In this document: piece after piece, positions 22,330 through 31,861 of the stretch
Position numbering within the stretch: position 1 is the stretch's first letter
Layout of the letters: every line of letters starts with the position of its first letter
Assembly: GCA_000993955.1 (NCBI GenBank)
Contig: LBZW01000001.1
Location: 1 to 42,447, forward strand
DNA length: 42,447 nucleotides
From: Candidatus Nomurabacteria bacterium GW2011_GWA2_40_9
GTDB lineage: Bacteria; Patescibacteriota; Minisyncoccia; Phycocordibacterales; UBA9973
Direction of reading: 5' to 3'
Made by a program: the position numbers and the translations under genes
The notes under the pieces: model-generated
Database searches by the model: none
Told to the model about the DNA's origin: nothing
What the model saw: only the letters and a program-made list of their open reading frames with translations

Positions 22330-23221
22330 TTTAGAACATAATGGAGAGGTAGTAGAGGAGACAAGTCACGAAGTGACTATCTATGCAGAGCCGATTTTTC
22401 ATGTGGGTAATTTTGCTATCACAAACTCGCTTTTTACTACTTGGCTTGCAGTGCTTTTGATTGCTATATTTTCTCTCGTTATCCGATTAAATCTCAAAAA
22501 AGTTCCAGGGAAATTACAAAATATTTTTGAAGTTATGCTCGAGGGTGCTATGTCTCTCACTGATCAAGTCACAAATGACAGAAAAATAACGAATAAAATT
22601 TTTCCTTTAGTATTTTCTCTTTTTGTATTTATTTTAATAAATAATTGGATCGGGCTTTTGCCTTTTATTTCTGCTATTGGTTTTACGGTTGTTGAAAGTG
22701 GGCAAAATGTTTTTGTTCCTCTTTTTCGTGCGGGGACTGCGGATATCAACACCACCCTTGCTTTGTCGCTTATGATCATTGTCGCTTCAAATCTATTTGG
22801 CATACTCACTATCGGGCTCTGGAAACTTTTTAATAAATATGTTAATCTAAAAGCACTTGGTGAGATATTTACCAAGTTTAAAAAGGACAAGACTGTGGTC
22901 ATCGTATCTCCAATTTCTGTGTTTGTAGGGTTGCTTGAACTCATAGGAGAAATGGCAAAAATCGCATCGCTTTCTTTTCGTCTTTTTGGTAATGTTTTTG
23001 CAGGAGAAGTATTGCTCGCTTCTATGTCGGCAATATTTTTGTATATTTTACCGGGGCCGTTTTTGTTCCTTGAAGTTTTCATAGGACTCATTCAAGCATT
23101 GATATTTTCTTTGCTTGGGGCTGTGTATTTTACCATCGCAGCGCAGGATCATAATGAACACGAGGAGTATGAAACGGTGAGAGCTTTAGACTCTCATGAG
23201 AGTCTAAAGCTCTCACCGTAA
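22319..23221 (+). CDS. atpB: F0F1 ATP synthase subunit a
   Basis: Multi-TM, with the conserved Arg helix LSFRLFGNVFAGE. The C-terminal 15 aa are encoded by palindrome B. Confidence 0.9.
   Translation: MANNLEHNGEVVEETSHEVTIYAEPIFHVGNFAITNSLFTTWLAVLLIAIFSLVIRLNLKKVPGKLQNIFEVMLEGAMSLTDQVTNDRKITNKIFPLVFSLFVFILINNWIGLLPFISAIGFTVVESGQNVFVPLFRAGTADINTTLALSLMIIVASNLFGILTIGLWKLFNKYVNLKALGEIFTKFKKDKTVVIVSPISVFVGLLELIGEMAKIASLSFRLFGNVFAGEVLLASMSAIFLYILPGPFLFLEVFIGLIQALIFSLLGAVYFTIAAQDHNEHEEYETVRALDSHESLKLSP
23175..23218. repeat. Palindromic element family B forming the 3' end of atpB
   Basis: CGGTGAGAGCTTTAGACTCTC-AT-GAGAGTCTAAAGCTCTCACCG: a 44-nt perfect palindrome ending 0 nt before the TAA stop. 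Encodes TVRALDSHESLKLSP. Confidence 0.92.
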
Positions 23222-23266
23222 AGTTATTATAAGTTAGTCGAAATTATTATTAGTTTTTAATTTTAA

Positions 23267-23521
<255 letters not shown>

Positions 23522-23523
23522 AA

Positions 23524-23973
23524 ATGGATGAATTTATAGCTACATTTCACATAGATTGGAAACTCATGCTTGCCCAAGTGATAAACTTTGGTTTGGTGTT
23601 TTTGGCATTGTATATGCTTGCGGCCAAGCCTTTAAAAAAGTTAGTCGATGAAAGAAGTAATGAGATAAGCAAAGGACTGGATGATGCAAAAAAATCACGT
23701 GAGTTACTTTTGTTGGCTACTGAGGAATATAAACAAAATTCAATTAAACTTCGAAAATTATCTGTAGATACACAAGTAGAATTAAAAAAAGATTTAGAAA
23801 AGTTACGACAAGAAAATATCGAGAAGATGAGACTTAATACTGAAGAGTGGAAAAAAAATAGAATTAAACAAATGGAGATAGATAAAAGGGAGTTAATTGA
23901 ATCAGCAAAGAAAGATGTTATGTCTTTGGCTACATTCGTCGCAGAGAAAATTATGAACGATAAGAATAAATAA
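23524..23973 (+). CDS. atpF: F0F1 ATP synthase subunit b
   Basis: N-terminal TM, then a long charged helix; operon position. Confidence 0.8.
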   Translation: MDEFIATFHIDWKLMLAQVINFGLVFLALYMLAAKPLKKLVDERSNEISKGLDDAKKSRELLLLATEEYKQNSIKLRKLSVDTQVELKKDLEKLRQENIEKMRLNTEEWKKNRIKQMEIDKRELIESAKKDVMSLATFVAEKIMNDKNK

Positions 23974-23975
23974 AT

Positions 23976-24386
23976 ATGCAGAAAATTTCTCCAAAAAATA
24001 TTGCAGAGGCAGTGTATGAAGCTACTGAGGGCAAGAGCACAGCTGAGCAAGAGCTTATATTGAAACGCACGGTGCATATTTTACAGGACAAAAGATTACT
24101 TGGTAAATCAAAATATATTTTGGAAGCCTTGCAAAATATTATCGATAAAAAAACAAATACAGTCAGACTCAAAGTAATTACAGCAAAAATATTGAGTAAA
24201 GAAGATCAAGCAAAGATTGAAAATGAAACAAAAATAAAGTACAAGGGAGATAAAGTAATAAGTGAATTTTTTGTAAAAGGTGAATTATTGGGGGGGGTGC
24301 GGGTCGAAGTGGGGGATGAAGTATTAGACACGACATACAAAAACAAACTTCAAAAGCTAGAAAAGTTTTTAATACAAAGTAAATAA
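23976..24386 (+). CDS. atpH: F0F1 ATP synthase subunit delta (short, OSCP family)
   Basis: C-terminal ..GELLGGVRVEVGDEVLDTTYKNKLQKL matches the delta/OSCP signature. 136 aa is shorter than usual. Confidence 0.78.
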   Translation: MQKISPKNIAEAVYEATEGKSTAEQELILKRTVHILQDKRLLGKSKYILEALQNIIDKKTNTVRLKVITAKILSKEDQAKIENETKIKYKGDKVISEFFVKGELLGGVRVEVGDEVLDTTYKNKLQKLEKFLIQSK

Positions 24387-24388
24387 AG

Positions 24389-24414
24389 TCCCGATGTAAA
24401 GTCGGGATCCCGAC
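24389..24414. repeat. Three-arm palindrome in the atpH-atpA spacer
   Basis: TCCCGA-TGTAAAG-TCGGGA-TCCCGAC. Arm 2 can pair with arm 1 (6 bp) or arm 3 (GTCGGGATCCCGAC is a 14-nt perfect palindrome). Confidence 0.8.
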
Positions 24415-24441
24415 CAAAAGCATTGGGAAAAAATAAAATAT

Positions 24442-25944
24442 ATGTCAAATCATATTGTAGAAAATTTAAGAAAAGAAATAGAAGCTTTCAAAATAGAAAC
24501 AAAGGGAGAGTTGGTGGGCAAGGTAGTAGAAGTCTTCGATGGTATTGCTAAATGTTCTGGACTGTCTGATGTAAAGTCAGGGGAGATGGTGACATTTGCA
24601 GGTGGGGAGACAGGTGTGGTTTTAAACCTCGAAGAAGACACCGTGGGTATTATCATTCTTTCAGATTTTTCAAAGATTAAAGAAGGGGATGAAGTGAAAG
24701 CTACTGACCGTATCCTCGAAGTACCTGTGGGAGAAGCACAGATAGGAAGAGTACTCAATGCGCTCGGTGCGCCGATAGACGGCAAAGGTGATGTAAAAAC
24801 ATCAAGTGCACAGCCTATAGAAAAAGTGGCATCTGGAGTGGTCACACGACAAGGGGTAGATCAGCCAGTTGCTACTGGTATCAAGGCTATCGATGCATTG
24901 ATCCCTATCGGTCGTGGACAGCGCGAACTCATCATCGGAGACAGGCAGACAGGTAAGACTGCCATCGCTATTGACACAATTTTAAATCAAAAAGGTCAAA
25001 ACATGATCTGTGTATATGTATCGATCGGTCAAAAAGACTCTAAACTTCGCAAACTCCAGACTCGCCTCGAAGAAGGGGGTGCGATGGACTACACTATCAT
25101 CGTCTCTGCGGGTAGTTCTGAGCCAGCAGCTCTCTCATACATCGCTCCTTATACTGGAGTCTCTATTGCTGAGTATTTTATGGATCAGGGCAAGGATGTG
25201 TTGATTATTTACGATGATTTGTCCAAGCACGCTGTAGCATATCGAGAAATTTCACTGCTTCTTCGCCGACCACCAGGACGCGAAGCATATCCGGGAGACG
25301 TGTTTTACTTACACTCTAGGCTCCTTGAACGTGCATGCCGAAAAAATGAAAAATACGGCGGAGGATCTATCACTACGCTTCCAATTATTGAAACTCAAGC
25401 AGGAGATATCTCTGCATATATTCCTACAAATGTGATTTCTATTACCGACGGACAGATATTCCTCGAGACTGATTTATTTTATAAAGGTGTTCGTCCTGCA
25501 GTAAATGTCGGATTCTCTGTATCTCGAGTGGGTTCATCTGCGCAGATCAAAGCTATGAAAAAAGTAGCTGGAACTCTCAAGCTCGACCTTGCACAATTTC
25601 GAGAACTCGAAGCTTTTGCACAATTCGGCTCTGACCTAGATGATGCCACAAAGGCACAACTCGAACGCGGGAAGCGTGCAGTGGAAGTTCTAAAACAGCC
25701 ACAATATTCTCCAGTCGTTATCGAACGCCAAGTTGTCACTTTGTATGCACTTACCCGAGGCTACATGGACGATGTGCCACTAAACAAGATAAAAGAATTT
25801 GAATCTGGACTCATAGAATATGCAGAGAGAAATGCAAAAACTTTCTTGAGTGAAGTTATTGAAAAGAAAATGTGGTCTGATGTTGGGGAAGAAGAATTAA
25901 AAAAAGCGATAGCAGACTTTAAAACTAACTTTTTAACTTTATAA
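24442..25944 (+). CDS. atpA: F0F1 ATP synthase subunit alpha
   Basis: Walker [38 protein letters not shown]. Confidence 0.97.
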   Translation: MSNHIVENLRKEIEAFKIETKGELVGKVVEVFDGIAKCSGLSDVKSGEMVTFAGGETGVVLNLEEDTVGIIILSDFSKIKEGDEVKATDRILEVPVGEAQIGRVLNALGAPIDGKGDVKTSSAQPIEKVASGVVTRQGVDQPVATGIKAIDALIPIGRGQRELIIGDRQTGKTAIAIDTILNQKGQNMICVYVSIGQKDSKLRKLQTRLEEGGAMDYTIIVSAGSSEPAALSYIAPYTGVSIAEYFMDQGKDVLIIYDDLSKHAVAYREISLLLRRPPGREAYPGDVFYLHSRLLERACRKNEKYGGGSITTLPIIETQAGDISAYIPTNVISITDGQIFLETDLFYKGVRPAVNVGFSVSRVGSSAQIKAMKKVAGTLKLDLAQFRELEAFAQFGSDLDDATKAQLERGKRAVEVLKQPQYSPVVIERQVVTLYALTRGYMDDVPLNKIKEFESGLIEYAERNAKTFLSEVIEKKMWSDVGEEELKKAIADFKTNFLTL

Positions 25945-25968
25945 CTTTTGACTTTATAAACTTATTAT

Positions 25969-26916
25969 ATGACCGGAACAAAAGAAATTAAAAGAAGAAT
26001 AAAGAGTGTGAAGAACACAAAGAAGATAACCAAGGCGATGGAGCTAGTGGCTGCTTCGAAGATGAAGCGCGCAGTTTCTAAGACTCTCGCATCTCGTGTG
26101 TATGCAAATTATTCTTGGGAGCTTTTGACTTCTGTTTCAGCAAAACTTGAAGAGGTGACACACCCATTTTTTACTCCTGCCCGCAATGCTACGCATAGCG
26201 TTGCAGGTGGGGAAAATAAAACAGGTAAAACTTTGATAGTTCTCATCACTTCAAACAGAGGTTTGTGCGGAGCGTACAATTCTCAAGTCATCAAGAAAAC
26301 TATTTTAAAACTAAAATCTTTAGAAAATGAAGAAGTTGATTTCATAACCCTTGGCAAAAAAGGCGACGGCACTATGCGCAGAGTAGGGCAGAATATCGTG
26401 GCATCTTTTATTGAATTGCCAGATATTATTTCTTTATCTGATATCACAGCTGTGTCTAACTTTTTAACTAGTGAATATAAAATAGGAAATTATAAAAAAG
26501 TCTATGTGGCATATACAGACTTTGTATCAGCACTGACTCAAAAAGCACAGATCAGAAAGCTCTTGCCAGTGTCTAAAGAAGAATTGAAAGAAGTAATAGA
26601 CGGTCTAGATTCCCCCAAAGCCTTGCTTTTGGAAAATCCCCAAAGCAAGGCTTTGGGGTCAACATATTTGTTCGAAGGTGATATAAATAAACTCATAGAA
26701 ACGCTGGCAGAAAAACTAGTAAAGATGCAGATATATCAGATGTTGTTAGAGTCCAATGCTTCCGAACAGTCAAGCAGAATGCTTTCAATGAAAAATGCCG
26801 GAGACGCAGCAGGAGAGATGATCAATGATTTGACCTTGGTATTCAACAAAGCAAGACAGGCAAATATTACCAGAGAAATAAGTGAGATTAGTGCCGGTAT
26901 GGCAAGTGTGAGTTGA
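25969..26916 (+). CDS. atpG: F0F1 ATP synthase subunit gamma
   Basis: IKRRIKSVKNTKKITKAMELVAASKM N-terminus and NKARQANITREISEI C-terminus. Contains two inserted palindromes. Confidence 0.95.
   Translation: MTGTKEIKRRIKSVKNTKKITKAMELVAASKMKRAVSKTLASRVYANYSWELLTSVSAKLEEVTHPFFTPARNATHSVAGGENKTGKTLIVLITSNRGLCGAYNSQVIKKTILKLKSLENEEVDFITLGKKGDGTMRRVGQNIVASFIELPDIISLSDITAVSNFLTSEYKIGNYKKVYVAYTDFVSALTQKAQIRKLLPVSKEELKEVIDGLDSPKALLLENPQSKALGSTYLFEGDINKLIETLAEKLVKMQIYQMLLESNASEQSSRMLSMKNAGDAAGEMINDLTLVFNKARQANITREISEISAGMASVS
26176..26212. repeat. Palindromic element family D, in frame in atpG
   Basis: CCTGCCCGCAATGCT-ACGCAT-AGCGTTGCAGGTGGGG. Folds on the sense strand with 14 pairs, 3 of them G-U. 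Encodes PARNATHSVAGGE. Confidence 0.8.
26613..26658. repeat. Palindromic element family C/G, inverted dimer, in frame in atpG
   Basis: CCCCAAAGCCTTGCTTTTGG-AAAATCC-CCAAAGCAAGGCTTTGGGG: a 19-bp stem with one bulged T. Encodes SPKALLLENPQSKALG. Confidence 0.88.
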
Positions 26917-26930
26917 TCGCCCGTAGCCTC

Positions 26931-26959
26931 GGGGGAGATGTCCGAAGGGCAGAGGGGGT
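26931..26959. repeat. Family E core, intergenic between atpG and atpD
   Basis: GGGGGAG-ATG-TCC-GAA-GGG-CA-GAGGGGGT, 15 nt after the atpG stop. Compare gatB GGGGGAG-TG-TCC-GAA-GGA-CG-AGGGGGT. Confidence 0.8.
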
Positions 26960-26991
26960 CTGAATAAAATTATTAAAAAATTATCAGTTAA

Positions 26992-28389
<1,398 letters not shown>

Positions 28390-28390
28390 A

Positions 28391-28420
28391 AAAGTCTCTG
28401 CCTGATAGGGCAGAGACTTT
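28391..28420 (+). terminator. Hairpin directly after the atpD stop (weak intrinsic terminator)
   Basis: AAAGTCTCTGCC-TGATAG-GGCAGAGACTTT: a 12-bp stem with only a short T-run. A second hairpin GCTCTCTAT-N18-ATAGAGAGC lies at 28424-28459. Confidence 0.5.
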
Positions 28421-28549
28421 GGAGCTCTCTATAATGAAGTTAACCATACCATAGAGAGCCAGGCGGCTACATACAGTAACCACCTAATAAACTCCCTCAA
28501 ATTTTTCATAAAGTAAGAATTTTTTATATAATAATATAAATACACAAAA

Positions 28550-29029
28550 ATGTCAAAGCAATTAAAACTAAAAATAGTAACTCCAGAAAAATTGGTTCTA
28601 GAAGAGCTTGTTGATGAAGTGATTATCCCTACTACAGAAGGGGAGATTGCTGTGTTGCCTGAACACATACCTATAGTTGCTGGACTCAAATCAGGAGATG
28701 TTGTCGGCATAGTAAACGGCGAGCATATTCCTTTTGCTGTCGTTGGAGGGTTCGTAGAAGTGAAATATTTACCAGAGGCAAGGCCTCTGTCTGCCAGAGG
28801 CCTTGCCTCTGGTATTACTGAAGTAGTGATTCTCGCTGATTTTGCAGAACATGTATCAGAACTTTCTGATGATGCTGTAACAAAAGCAAAAGCTCGTGCC
28901 GAAGAACTACGCAAACAAGCAGAAAACAAAGAAGTAGTAGACTTTGAACACTTTGAGTCCGAACTCGAGCGCGCTCTAACCAGAGTCAAAATCGCTGACA
29001 AGTGGAGAACTAGAAAGTATAGGAAATAA
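28550..29029 (+). CDS. atpC: F0F1 ATP synthase subunit epsilon
   Basis: LKIVTPEKLV..VIIPTTEGEIAVLPEHIPIVAGLKSG.., GGFVEV.., and a C-terminal helical hairpin. Carries a 15-codon palindrome insertion. Confidence 0.88.
   Translation: MSKQLKLKIVTPEKLVLEELVDEVIIPTTEGEIAVLPEHIPIVAGLKSGDVVGIVNGEHIPFAVVGGFVEVKYLPEARPLSARGLASGITEVVILADFAEHVSELSDDAVTKAKARAEELRKQAENKEVVDFEHFESELERALTRVKIADKWRTRKYRK
28770..28814. repeat. Palindromic element family C, inverted dimer, exactly 15 codons, in frame in atpC
   Basis: TACCAGAGGCAAGGCCTCTG-TCTGC-CAGAGGCCTTGCCTCTGGTA: a 20-bp perfect stem. Each arm contains the gatB unit CCAGAGGC-AAG-GCCTCTG. Encodes (Y)LPEARPLSARGLASG(I). Confidence 0.92.
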
Positions 29030-29043
29030 TAAATAATGTTATT

Positions 29044-29745
29044 ATGAAAAAGAGTTTAATTAATATGTCTAAACTATATATAGTAGCCACACCAATAGGA
29101 AATATGACAGATATCACGCTCCGAGCTATTGAGACACTCAAAAATGTAGATTTAATTTTATGTGAAGATACTCGGGTCACGAAAAATCTTTTAAATAAAT
29201 ATGACATAAAAAAGCCTACGATGAGCTACCATGCTCATAGCAAACTTGCAAAAATAGACAAAATTATAGAACTTCTAGAAGAAGGGAAAGATCTCGCTCT
29301 TGTCTCAGACGCAGGCACACCCGGCATATCAGACCCAGGAGCGCTACTAGTATCTAAAATAAAAGAATATTTTAATAATGACAAAGTGCAAGTCGTACCT
29401 ATTCCCGGAGCGACAGCTATCATCACAGCGCTCTCTGCTTCGGGACTGCCGACACATGAATTTACTTTTTTAGGTTTTTTACCACACAAAAAAGGCAGAG
29501 AAACTTTATTTAAAGAAATAGCAGAATCAAAACGCACTGTAGTTTTCTACGAGTCCACACACAGAATTATAAAAACTCTAGAATCTCTGGTGAAATTTTC
29601 TCCAGAAAAGAATATCTGTGTTGCTCGCGAGCTGACAAAAATTTATGAACAATTTAAAACAGGCACGCCATCCGAGGTATTAAATTATTTTAATGAGAAT
29701 AAAGATAAAGTGAGAGGTGAATTTACAGTAATTGTCTCGGTTTAG
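29044..29745 (+). CDS. rsmI: 16S rRNA (cytidine1402-2'-O)-methyltransferase RsmI
   Basis: LYIVATPIGNMTDITLRAIETLKNVDLILCEDTR, SDAGTPGISDPG, PGATA. Confidence 0.9.
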   Translation: MKKSLINMSKLYIVATPIGNMTDITLRAIETLKNVDLILCEDTRVTKNLLNKYDIKKPTMSYHAHSKLAKIDKIIELLEEGKDLALVSDAGTPGISDPGALLVSKIKEYFNNDKVQVVPIPGATAIITALSASGLPTHEFTFLGFLPHKKGRETLFKEIAESKRTVVFYESTHRIIKTLESLVKFSPEKNICVARELTKIYEQFKTGTPSEVLNYFNENKDKVRGEFTVIVSV

Positions 29746-29794
29746 ATTTTGTATTATACTGCATAAATGAATATGAATTTTTATAAAAAAATTT

Positions 29795-31777
29795 TTACAG
29801 CAAATTTTCTGGATCTATCAGCACTCTAAAATTAGAAGATATTTTATTTAAAGACAAAAGTTTTCTATAGAGGTCTTCCTCGATAGAAGCAGATGCAGAG
29901 AGTATAGGCAAAGACCATTTTTTAGGATCTGCTTTTATTAACATATTTACTGTATTTTTGTCTTTACTACTCTTTCTGAAACCACTGTAAAATACAGGGT
30001 TGTAATCTTTGAATATTTCACTCAAATTTTCTTTTGTCTTAGATGAATCTGTGTTGCTTTCTAAATAAGTAACTTTGATAAATCTAGAATATGGGGGATA
30101 GAGCATAGATTTTCTGTCTTCGAGTTCAGTCCTGATAAATTCTAATAGATTACTATTTTTTATGGCAAGCAGTGCCGAGTCTTTGTCGTTCTTTGTTTGG
30201 ATTATCAATTTATTTTTTGTTTTAGAAAGCATCAGGAGTATGAGTTGAATTATTTTTTCACTCATTTTAAAATTTGGGATACTCCAGAGTGAATCAAAAG
30301 AAGCAACGATACAGGTGTCTATTTGGTTTTTCATATAAAAAAGTGCTATCTCTGTGCCTATGAGTATAGTATTTTCTCCTGTCTCATATTCTGTAATTAT
30401 CTTTAGAGCACCCTTGGCTGTCTTTGCTGTGTCTTTGTCTAGTTTTAATATTTTAATGTGATCTAATTTTTCTTTTTTTAATTCTTCATACACTGTATCT
30501 ATACCTATGCCGAGTGGTACCAGATTCCAACTGTCGCATTTTACACATTTAACCTTCGTATTTTTGCTTGTGCCACATCTGTTGCAGACAAATACTCTCT
30601 TTTTTTTGTCTGGAGAGTGGTGCAGGACAACAGGAGTGGAGCATTCATCACAGCTTACTGTTTCTCCGCAATCTCTACATATAGTATAAGTAGCCAGCCC
30701 TTTTCGAAGAGAGAAAATAAAAACTTTCTCTTTTTGTTCTAGAGCACTTTTCAATTCTGCTATAGTTTCAGTCATCAACACCTTAAATTTGTTTTTTCTA
30801 CTCAATATTTCTATTTTTCCATCAAAAGAAATACGAAAAGACATGGGATGAACTTCCCCTAGTCCGTCTATCTCACGCCTAGCTATACTTTCAAAGCGTA
30901 AGAGGCTATCCGCCAAGATAAATTTTGCATTTATTTTAGAAGCAAAAATTTCAGTAAAAATTCGTAAATCAAAGTAGGGTTTGGCTATCATTTTATACCC
31001 ATTTCCGCTCTCGTGTTCTAAAATAATTGTTTCTATATCTCTTCTGTCTATAGATAGGTATGGGGCAGTACCGATAATCAAAATTGGATGCTCTTCTTTT
31101 ATGATATTTTCTATCTTTTCCATTTGTTTCTTTGCACTATACCCTCCATGGATAGAAATAGTAAATTGTTCAATACCCTTGGACAGGTACCCATACCAGT
31201 CGTCTATGTCATTTTTAGTGGGTAGTACTATAAAAACTGATTTTTTTTTAGCAAAATTACTTCTGATTAGGATTTTATAATAATCTATACGTTCTTCCAG
31301 TTTAGCTTGAAACAATAATTTTTCATTTTTTATCAGTGAGAGCTTTAGACTCTCTCTAGAGTCTAAAGCTCTCACTGAAAGTTCTTCTTTGTTTTGTTCA
31401 TTTTTTAATAGCTTGTTTTTAATTAATTCAGCAAATCTATCGTATTCTTCTTTTAAAATATTTGGGATGAGAGATGTGACCCCGTCGCTGTTGTTTTGAA
31501 CAAAATATTTACTACACAAAAACACAGATTCTAGAAATTCAGATTTAAAAATAGAGCCCTCTTTTATACTAAGTATTTTCTTTAGATTAAAATCCATGTC
31601 TTTTATATTTCTCTTTGCGTCAGTTACGTCTTCGGTAAAGACTACTAACCCCAACATGTTTTTATTGCGGAGAGATATAGTAACGATACTCCCATTTGGT
31701 ATGTCTTTTATTGAAAAATAGGTTAAATTTTCTTTCCAAAGTCCTTTTCTGAATGGGATTACCGTAACTATTTTCAT
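29795..31777 (-). CDS. priA: PriA-like primosomal protein N' with degenerate ATPase motifs
   Basis: PriA architecture with the Cys-rich Zn module (CRDCGETVSCDECSTPVV..CNRCG..CVKCDS). The expected Walker A, DExH and motif VI positions read LFQAKLEERIDYY, ILEHESGNGYK and LLMLSKTKNK. Confidence 0.75.
   Translation of the reverse strand: MKIVTVIPFRKGLWKENLTYFSIKDIPNGSIVTISLRNKNMLGLVVFTEDVTDAKRNIKDMDFNLKKILSIKEGSIFKSEFLESVFLCSKYFVQNNSDGVTSLIPNILKEEYDRFAELIKNKLLKNEQNKEELSVRALDSRESLKLSLIKNEKLLFQAKLEERIDYYKILIRSNFAKKKSVFIVLPTKNDIDDWYGYLSKGIEQFTISIHGGYSAKKQMEKIENIIKEEHPILIIGTAPYLSIDRRDIETIILEHESGNGYKMIAKPYFDLRIFTEIFASKINAKFILADSLLRFESIARREIDGLGEVHPMSFRISFDGKIEILSRKNKFKVLMTETIAELKSALEQKEKVFIFSLRKGLATYTICRDCGETVSCDECSTPVVLHHSPDKKKRVFVCNRCGTSKNTKVKCVKCDSWNLVPLGIGIDTVYEELKKEKLDHIKILKLDKDTAKTAKGALKIITEYETGENTILIGTEIALFYMKNQIDTCIVASFDSLWSIPNFKMSEKIIQLILLMLSKTKNKLIIQTKNDKDSALLAIKNSNLLEFIRTELEDRKSMLYPPYSRFIKVTYLESNTDSSKTKENLSEIFKDYNPVFYSGFRKSSKDKNTVNMLIKADPKKWSLPILSASASIEEDLYRKLLSLNKISSNFRVLIDPENLL
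31333..31378. repeat. Palindromic element family B, in frame in priA
   Basis: TCAGTGAGAGCTTTAGACTCT-CTCT-AGAGTCTAAAGCTCTCACTGA: a 21-bp perfect stem. The core GTGAGAGCTTTAGACTCT is identical to the atpB copy. On the minus strand it encodes SVRALDSRESLKLSL. Confidence 0.92.
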
Positions 31778-31861
31778 CTTTTAATTCTACCATATTTGTG
31801 ACCCATTCGATAAAAACTCAGGGTCATGGTGAGAAAGGCCGAACCATGGTATATTTCTTTT

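Noticed and set aside
28429-29001. 190-aa minus-strand ORF overlapping atpC. Similar long antisense ORFs lie at 14518-15045, 22564-23091, 23547-24077, 9126-9572, 17974-18333 and 36968-37618.
   Set aside because: All lie antisense to genes with strong family signatures and have low-complexity, motif-free translations. Several (28429-29001, 14518-15045) are lengthened simply because the palindromic inserts are stop-free on both strands. Treated as shadow ORFs.
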